Position numbers and translations under genes: made by a program. Under the pieces are notes generated by a model. It did no database searches, had not been told where the DNA came from, and saw only the letters and a list, made by a program, of their open reading frames with translations. This document shows positions 57,962-64,000 of a DNA stretch of 64,000 bases, piece by piece; positions within the stretch are counted from its first letter, which is position 1; every line of letters begins with the position of its first letter. The DNA comes from Candidatus Blackallbacteria bacterium (GTDB lineage: Bacteria > Cyanobacteriota > Sericytochromatia > UBA7694), in NCBI GenBank assembly GCA_051715345.1, contig JBPXJQ010000040.1, positions 92-64,091 on the forward strand, written 5' to 3'.

Positions 57962-59404
57962 TCAGCGTTGCGAGGTCTTGAGCGCCGGATTCTTGATCAC
58001 TGGGTTCATGAGTACTGGGTTCTTTTCAAAGAAAGGCACCTGGTAGATTTCTGCCTGACTTTTCCAGGCTTCTCCCAATTCAAAGCCCGTTTGATTCTCT
58101 CGTTTGATCAGCAATTTGGCGGCGGTTAAATGGGCCAAAGCCTCTTCCACCATCGGTAAAAAACAGTCAGGGTGTTGGACCACAAAGGCCTTGGGATTGG
58201 CAAAGCGCAGACCGTTCTGTTGAGACGCTGCGTGAAGCAATTGTGAATAGGCCTGTTGCAGCGGCTGAAAAAGGCATTTTAATAGGGCCTGCAATGGTTC
58301 ATTGTGAGGGGAGAGCGTCGCAGGTCGGCTGAAGCGCTCCGAAAAACTGTTGCTGCTAACATGGTGCAAGATTACCGGGTGATGGGGCGAAAGCGCCAAA
58401 AGGTCAGGAAAAAACAGGTGCATCCACTGGTAGCGCAAGGTATACTCTGTTTTGAAATCCAGCAGGGAAAGATCTTCGAGCGGGCTTTCGAGTACCGTCC
58501 CACCGCGGGCCTGAACAGCTTCGCTCAGGCTTTGCAGGGTATAACCCAATTCGGGGTGAAAATGCAAAAAAGCGCGCAAATGGTAAGTGCTGACAACATA
58601 ATTTTCTTGCAGTTCTTTCATCACAGCAAGGCTGACGGCATGGACATCACTCTCGGGTTCCATCGTCACGGGTTCTCCACAGACCAAGTGGACCCTGCCA
58701 ATTTTGATCTGGTCATTGAGCAGTTTTAGGCTCCAGTTAAGCAGCGGTCCCAGTCTCATTGTGGGTTTGGGGCCGCCTTGAAGTTCTCTCATCAAAGCGT
58801 CTTCTTCGGGCACCCGGTCGTAATTGATGGTGATCGGCAAAAGCGTACAGCCCACACCCGTTTGCTGAAGTGCGCGCAACAAGCCGCGTTTGGGGGGCAG
58901 GCACTGACGGGCCCGGCTGCGGGTGCCTTCGATAAATATTTCCAGAGTTTGCTGGGCATCCACCAATTGCCTGAGTTGGGCATTTAATTCGGGATCCGCT
59001 TTGCCTTGGCCCCGTTTAAGATAAAAGGCATACGCCTGTTTGAGCAACCAGCCCAAAAACGGCAATTTTCCCAATTGTAAATCGGCGGCAATATACGGGA
59101 TCGAAATTTTGAGTTCGGGATGGGCAAAACAGAGATAAGAGCAGACCAAAAAATCCATCATGCTGCGGTGCGTGGGCGCCAAGACAACCAAATGACCTGG
59201 CGCGATTTGGGCCGTGGCCTTTTCAAAGCTCAATTTGTCAAAGGTGATGCTCGAACAGCCTTTGCGAAAGGCCTTGCGCAAGACAAAACCAAGCAGGCGT
59301 ATGGCCCAATTGCCATGGGGGGCACGGCAGACCCACTTCAGATCTGTGTAAGCATCTTGGTATTCGGCTCCAGCGAGCAGGGTTTCACGGTTATTTTTCA
59401 GCAT
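57962..59404 (-). CDS. Glycerol-3-phosphate/DHAP acyltransferase (PlsB-like)
   Basis: PTHRSMMD (HX4D), AFYLKR, FIEGTRSR, PITINYD. Confidence 0.82.
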   Translation of the reverse strand: MLKNNRETLLAGAEYQDAYTDLKWVCRAPHGNWAIRLLGFVLRKAFRKGCSSITFDKLSFEKATAQIAPGHLVVLAPTHRSMMDFLVCSYLCFAHPELKISIPYIAADLQLGKLPFLGWLLKQAYAFYLKRGQGKADPELNAQLRQLVDAQQTLEIFIEGTRSRARQCLPPKRGLLRALQQTGVGCTLLPITINYDRVPEEDALMRELQGGPKPTMRLGPLLNWSLKLLNDQIKIGRVHLVCGEPVTMEPESDVHAVSLAVMKELQENYVVSTYHLRAFLHFHPELGYTLQSLSEAVQARGGTVLESPLEDLSLLDFKTEYTLRYQWMHLFFPDLLALSPHHPVILHHVSSNSFSERFSRPATLSPHNEPLQALLKCLFQPLQQAYSQLLHAASQQNGLRFANPKAFVVQHPDCFLPMVEEALAHLTAAKLLIKRENQTGFELGEAWKSQAEIYQVPFFEKNPVLMNPVIKNPALKTSQR

Positions 59405-59519
59405 AAAATGGATGTCAGCGTCCTGACTTTGATTTCACTTTTGGGGGCAGACAGCGGGTGATTTTCAACACTTTTCAATATAACATTGTTCAGATGCTTA
59501 TTCATAAAAATTGTGCGAG

Positions 59520-59541
59520 ACTGCCCCAAGGGCGGGGCAGT
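59520..59541 (-). terminator. Hairpin downstream of ppc, possible terminator
   Basis: ACTGCCCC-6 nt-GGGGCAGT; no clear U tract. Confidence 0.4.
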
Positions 59542-59545
59542 TGAC

Positions 59546-62245
59546 TTAGCCCGTATTTTTTAACCCACTTGAGATTGAATTGATAACACTGAGTGCTTGG
59601 GTGAGTAATTTTTCTTTTTCAGGGTTACTTTCATCAGGAACCTCTCGCCACTGTTTCAGATATTTGATGTGCAATTGATGTAATACGCTTAGCTTTTCAT
59701 TTCTCCATTTTAAATTGTCGTATTGACCTTGTCTGCGATGGGTTGCGTGATCAGCAAACAGTTCTTCAATTAAGTTGAACCCATTTTCATAATCACTCAG
59801 AATTTTGCCCATGAACAGTTCTCGCTCGGCCTTATCTTCATCTAACTGCGCATACAGATTCATCATCTCAGAATTAGCAAGAATCAAATTCGTTTCACTC
59901 TGAATCATCAAAAACTTAAAAAATGGCCAATCATTGATGCTTAACTTTAATGCTTCAAAGTCTTGCGGTTTTTCGGCTTTTAATGTTTTTAAGGCTTCGC
60001 CTAATCCATACCAACCCGTAATGCTGATACGAGAGAGGTTCCAGCTAAAAACCCAAGGAATGGCTCTGAGATCTTTTAAAGTCCTTGTGCCCGTTCGTCT
60101 GGCTGGTCTGGAGCCAATTTTACTTCTTTCAAGCACATCAATACAGGTCACTTTGCTGTAAAAATCAATAAATCCTGGCGTATCAATTAAATTCCGATAA
60201 TGCTCATAGGATTTTTGAGCTAAAAATTCGATTGTTTCAAATGGGTATAATTTTTTTTCTATCGGATTCTGACTTATTAGCATTTGTTTGGCTACACCCG
60301 ACGCCAGGGCATTGAGGTTATAAGTTGCGGTAAGAGGATTTCCAAATAGTTGAGCTACGGTTTCACCTTGAACCGTTATTTTAATCGCTCTATTGACGGT
60401 ATTTGCCGGCATGCTTTCTAAAAATCGGTGGTATTTCCCCCCTCCTCTACTGATGGTTCCACCTGTTCCGTGGAAAAAATAAATGTTGATATTGTTTTTT
60501 CTTCCCACTTCTGAGAGTTCTTTCTCAGCTTTAAACAAATTCCATTTACTGGCAATGGTTCCACCGTCTTTATTACTATCGCTATAACCCAACATGACTT
60601 CTTGTTGATCAATCATTTTGGCTGCTCTTGCTTGGGTTATCGGATGTTTCAGAAAATGCTCTAAAATGATGGGGCCCTGTTGAAGGTCTTCAATGGTTTC
60701 TAAAAGGGGAACGACTCTGATATTTGTGAAAAGCAACTGGGTTTCACGCATCAGCAGGTACACCACCAATAAATCACTGAGATTTCGAGTCATGCTAATG
60801 ATAAAAGAACCAATGCCATCCGAACCATATTGATTAATATGGTTTCGAACTACCCGGTAACAATCCAAGACATTATCAGCTTCAGGGCCATATGAAACTG
60901 TAATATCTGTAATGGGTGAGTTATTTTCCAGTGCGTTGTTTAAAAAATTCAAGCGTTTTTCTTCGTTCCAATTTTCAAAATCATACGATTCAACACCATT
61001 CACTTTCAGGATTTGTGAAATGGCCTTGTCGTGAAATGAACTGTTTTGACGAATATCTAATTTGGCCAAATGAAATTCAAAACAACTTAACATTCTTTCG
61101 ATAGAAAAAAGTGAACCTTCAGCGATACCTTTCATACCGTTTTCAATCAGGATTTCTCTTAAGAATTTGAGTTCATTTTGAAGATCTTTGCTTGATTTAT
61201 AATATGAATTTGAATCTGAATATTCATTTGAAATCGTATTTTCTAATTTAGCGACCAATAAACTTACATATTGCCGCCAAGGTTCATATGGATTTCTTTT
61301 TAGAGCGTTTTCCCCTTTTAAGCCCAATGCTTTTGACTTATTCTCAATCGCTTCAGATAACTTATAGGGTACCGGATTGCTGATCGCAGAAATTGAAAGC
61401 TGAGAAATCAAAAGCTCAAGTTTTGTTTTCAAGAGAGAAAGAGCTATTTTCCTTTGTAACAAAAGCGTTTCTTGGGTAATGCCAGGCGTGACAAACGGAT
61501 GTCCATCTCGATCCCCACCCACCCAACTACCAAAAGTAAATTTTGGCAGTACATTCGGATTCATGATTTTGGAGCGATTAAAGCCCATTTTAATCCAGGA
61601 TGCTATCAGTTGCTGGTCACTTCTCTCTAAAACATTCGGAAAAACCTTAGTCAAATAGTATAAAATATTCGATCTTTCATCTACGATACTTGGTTTTTCA
61701 AGATAAATTTCTCCTGTTCTCCACCATCTTTCCAATAAATTAATAATTTTTTCGCTTATTGTTTCTTGTTCAAGATGACTCAGTGAGGTATTTTCTCGTT
61801 GGATTAAAAGCAGATATAATTCACGATGAATTTCAATGACAGTCACTCTTTTGGCTTCTGTTGGGTGGGCTGTCAGCACAGGCATGACATGTGTGTCTGA
61901 AATGACCTTTAAGATTTCATCCTCAGAGATGCCCTGGTCTTTCCAAAGCTGAAAGGCCTCTGCCCATGAACCTCTGACAGAAGAAATACTCTCTTGGTTT
62001 TCCAATTGTCTGCGATATTGGGTGGCCGCATTTTCTTCTACCAATGTCATTAATTGAAAGTAAATGCTTAAGGATTGAATGACTTTATCACTCGCTAACT
62101 GTTCATATTCAAACTCAGAAAAGGTGTTGCTTTTAATCAATGAAACAATGTCCGGTTCATTGATTCTGGCTAACATTTCAACATAACAATCAATGATGAA
62201 ACTTCTGTCTTTGGTCAGCTTTTCAAAAGAGCTAGACTTTTTCAT
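59546..62245 (-). CDS. ppc: Phosphoenolpyruvate carboxylase
   Basis: VLTAHPTE, GSWVGGDRDG, EVMLGYSDSNKDGG, LRAIPWVFSW, C-terminal GLKNTG. Confidence 0.96.
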   Translation of the reverse strand: MKKSSSFEKLTKDRSFIIDCYVEMLARINEPDIVSLIKSNTFSEFEYEQLASDKVIQSLSIYFQLMTLVEENAATQYRRQLENQESISSVRGSWAEAFQLWKDQGISEDEILKVISDTHVMPVLTAHPTEAKRVTVIEIHRELYLLLIQRENTSLSHLEQETISEKIINLLERWWRTGEIYLEKPSIVDERSNILYYLTKVFPNVLERSDQQLIASWIKMGFNRSKIMNPNVLPKFTFGSWVGGDRDGHPFVTPGITQETLLLQRKIALSLLKTKLELLISQLSISAISNPVPYKLSEAIENKSKALGLKGENALKRNPYEPWRQYVSLLVAKLENTISNEYSDSNSYYKSSKDLQNELKFLREILIENGMKGIAEGSLFSIERMLSCFEFHLAKLDIRQNSSFHDKAISQILKVNGVESYDFENWNEEKRLNFLNNALENNSPITDITVSYGPEADNVLDCYRVVRNHINQYGSDGIGSFIISMTRNLSDLLVVYLLMRETQLLFTNIRVVPLLETIEDLQQGPIILEHFLKHPITQARAAKMIDQQEVMLGYSDSNKDGGTIASKWNLFKAEKELSEVGRKNNINIYFFHGTGGTISRGGGKYHRFLESMPANTVNRAIKITVQGETVAQLFGNPLTATYNLNALASGVAKQMLISQNPIEKKLYPFETIEFLAQKSYEHYRNLIDTPGFIDFYSKVTCIDVLERSKIGSRPARRTGTRTLKDLRAIPWVFSWNLSRISITGWYGLGEALKTLKAEKPQDFEALKLSINDWPFFKFLMIQSETNLILANSEMMNLYAQLDEDKAERELFMGKILSDYENGFNLIEELFADHATHRRQGQYDNLKWRNEKLSVLHQLHIKYLKQWREVPDESNPEKEKLLTQALSVINSISSGLKNTG

Positions 62246-62416
62246 ACTTAAATATCCAATTCTAGTGGTGGGAAAGATGATTATACAACACATTTTATTG
62301 TCTGACGACAGGCCACAGCGATCGTCATTTCTTCATCAATAGATTATTTTAATTGCAAGAAACTGTGTTCAATGACTATACTTCATTGCTGTTTAACAAA
62401 TATCAAGGAAGATAAC

Positions 62417-63421
62417 ATGATTAAAGCGTATGCTGCATTTGAAGCCGGAGGAGAACTTAAACCTTTTGAATATGATCCGGGTGAACTTAAACCGAATGAA
62501 ATAGAAATAGAAGTTGCCTCCTGTGGTATTTGCCACAGTGATCTGAGTATGATTAACAATGAATGGGGGTTTAGCCAGTATCCCTTGGTTGCTGGTCATG
62601 AAGTCGTCGGATTTGTCTCTCAATTGGGCAGCCAAGTGAATGGTTTTACGATCGGTCAACGGGTCGGACTGGGTTGGCATTCTGGCTATTGTAATCAATG
62701 TGAAGATTGCAAAAACGGAGATCAAAATCTTTGCACCCAGGGGCAGGGAACAATCGTTGGGCGTCATGGCGGTTTTGCGGATAAAGTTCGGGCACAGGCC
62801 TCCAGTGTCGTACCCATTCCCGAAGCTATCAATGAGATTTCGGCGGGCCCTCTGTTTTGTGGTGGAATTACTGTTTTTAATCCCCTGGTTCAATTTGAGG
62901 TCAAGCCAACTGATAAAGTGGCGGTGATCGGCATTGGGGGCCTGGGACATATGGCTTTACAGTTTCTCAACGCCTGGGGCTGTGAAGTAACCGCATTTAC
63001 TTCGAGTGAATCCAAACGAGAAGAAGTAAAAAAGCTAGGTGCTCATCATGTCCTAAATTCACGTGATCCCGAAGCGATTCGAAAAGCAGCAAGAAGCTTT
63101 GACTTGATTATTTCTACTGTCAACGTCAAATTGGACTGGAATACCTACTTGGGAACGCTCAAGCCAAAAGGCCGTTTACATCTGGTGGGTGCGATATTAG
63201 AACCGCTGGATATCAGTGTCTTTAATTTGATGCCTGCACAGCGTTCGATCTCGAGTTCCCCTGTTGGGAGTCCGGCAACGATTGCAAAAATGCTCGACTT
63301 TACGGCCCTTCACCATTTGGATCCTGTGGTTGAAACCTTTCCCATGGAAAAAATCAACGAAGCGATCGCGCATCTGGCATCCGGCAAAGCCCATTACAGA
63401 GTTGTGCTGACCAGAGAATAA
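62417..63421 (+). CDS. ahr: NADPH-dependent aldehyde reductase / Zn alcohol dehydrogenase
   Basis: [41 protein letters not shown]; RBS AAGGA. Confidence 0.85.
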   Translation: MIKAYAAFEAGGELKPFEYDPGELKPNEIEIEVASCGICHSDLSMINNEWGFSQYPLVAGHEVVGFVSQLGSQVNGFTIGQRVGLGWHSGYCNQCEDCKNGDQNLCTQGQGTIVGRHGGFADKVRAQASSVVPIPEAINEISAGPLFCGGITVFNPLVQFEVKPTDKVAVIGIGGLGHMALQFLNAWGCEVTAFTSSESKREEVKKLGAHHVLNSRDPEAIRKAARSFDLIISTVNVKLDWNTYLGTLKPKGRLHLVGAILEPLDISVFNLMPAQRSISSSPVGSPATIAKMLDFTALHHLDPVVETFPMEKINEAIAHLASGKAHYRVVLTRE

Positions 63422-63435
63422 TAGAACGCGCTTAA

Positions 63436-63999
63436 TCACCGAGGCTTGCGCTTGATCCCGCGCACAGCCTCGGCCTGCAGCGGGTCATCAGGCCAATAAT
63501 GGCGGGGATAACGCCCTTTGAGTTCTTTTTTGACCTCGGGATAGGTCTCCCGCCAAAAGCTGGCCAAATCGCGGGTGACCTGCACTGGGCGCATCGCGGG
63601 TGAAAGCAGGTGAATCAGCAGCGGCACCTGCCCACCCGCGATCCGGGGGGTGGCGTGGAGGCCAAAGAGTTCTTGCAAACGGGCCGCCAGTACAGGCTCT
63701 TCGCCGCTGTAATCGAGGCGAATTTGCGAGCCGCTGGGCACAGGCATATGGGTGGGGGCTGCCGCTTGCAACTCCGCCAGACGGGCATAACCGAGGTGGT
63801 TTTCCAGGGCCTGTTGCAATAAATCAGGGCTGATGGCGTCCAAGCGTTGTAAACCGCTCAAAAAGGGCAAGAGCCAATCGCCCAGGTCGCGGGCCAGGGC
63901 TGCATCGCTCAGATCGGGCCAGTGCTCAGGCAAGACCCGGTGCAAAAATGCGACCCGCTCGCGCCATTGCAACAAATGGGGGTTCCAGGGCAATTTGGC
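63436..63999 (-). CDS. hrpB: ATP-dependent helicase HrpB, C-terminal part (5'-partial)
   Basis: WPDLSD, VPSGS...LDY, RLQELFG, LLSPA.RPVQVT.DL.SFW, ELKGRYPRHYWPDDP. Confidence 0.92.
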   Translation of the reverse strand, partial: AKLPWNPHLLQWRERVAFLHRVLPEHWPDLSDAALARDLGDWLLPFLSGLQRLDAISPDLLQQALENHLGYARLAELQAAAPTHMPVPSGSQIRLDYSGEEPVLAARLQELFGLHATPRIAGGQVPLLIHLLSPAMRPVQVTRDLASFWRETYPEVKKELKGRYPRHYWPDDPLQAEAVRGIKRKPR

Positions 64000-64000
64000 A

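Overview
Bacterial genomic window of moderate GC, about 55 protein-coding genes. I found no rRNA, tRNA or CRISPR array. The style of the orphan lipoproteins is reminiscent of Ca. Sericytochromatia-like genomes, but this is an impression only. (1) 1-7.7 kb is an AT-richer signalling or conflict islet. It holds the 3' part of a probable kinase-Zn ribbon-Hsp70-FGE fusion, convergent with a kinase(pseudogene)-vWA-PP2C/AAA+-radical SAM operon; the kinase is cut by an IS3 element. (2) A 49-50 bp hairpin repeat has inserted into that IS3 just before its frameshift site. It recurs three times, once nested in itself, inside MITE-like units at 26.3-26.9 kb. (3) A secreted peptide with repeated RHPCP cores lies divergent from a DUF3526-type ABC system across a perfect 23-bp palindrome. 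(4) Two paralogous TPR/helical proteins each sit beside a different effector-like protein with a disordered N-terminus (one pore-former-like, one calpain-like protease). (5) Other genes: mtaB, hutU, mvaD and phosphomevalonate kinase coupled to an IS630-derived HTH, hemJ, namZ, GH39/GH144, an AT-rich ppc plus ahr, a partial hrpB, and a stand-alone class II aaRS-like protein. All calls come from motif recognition by eye; no searches were run.
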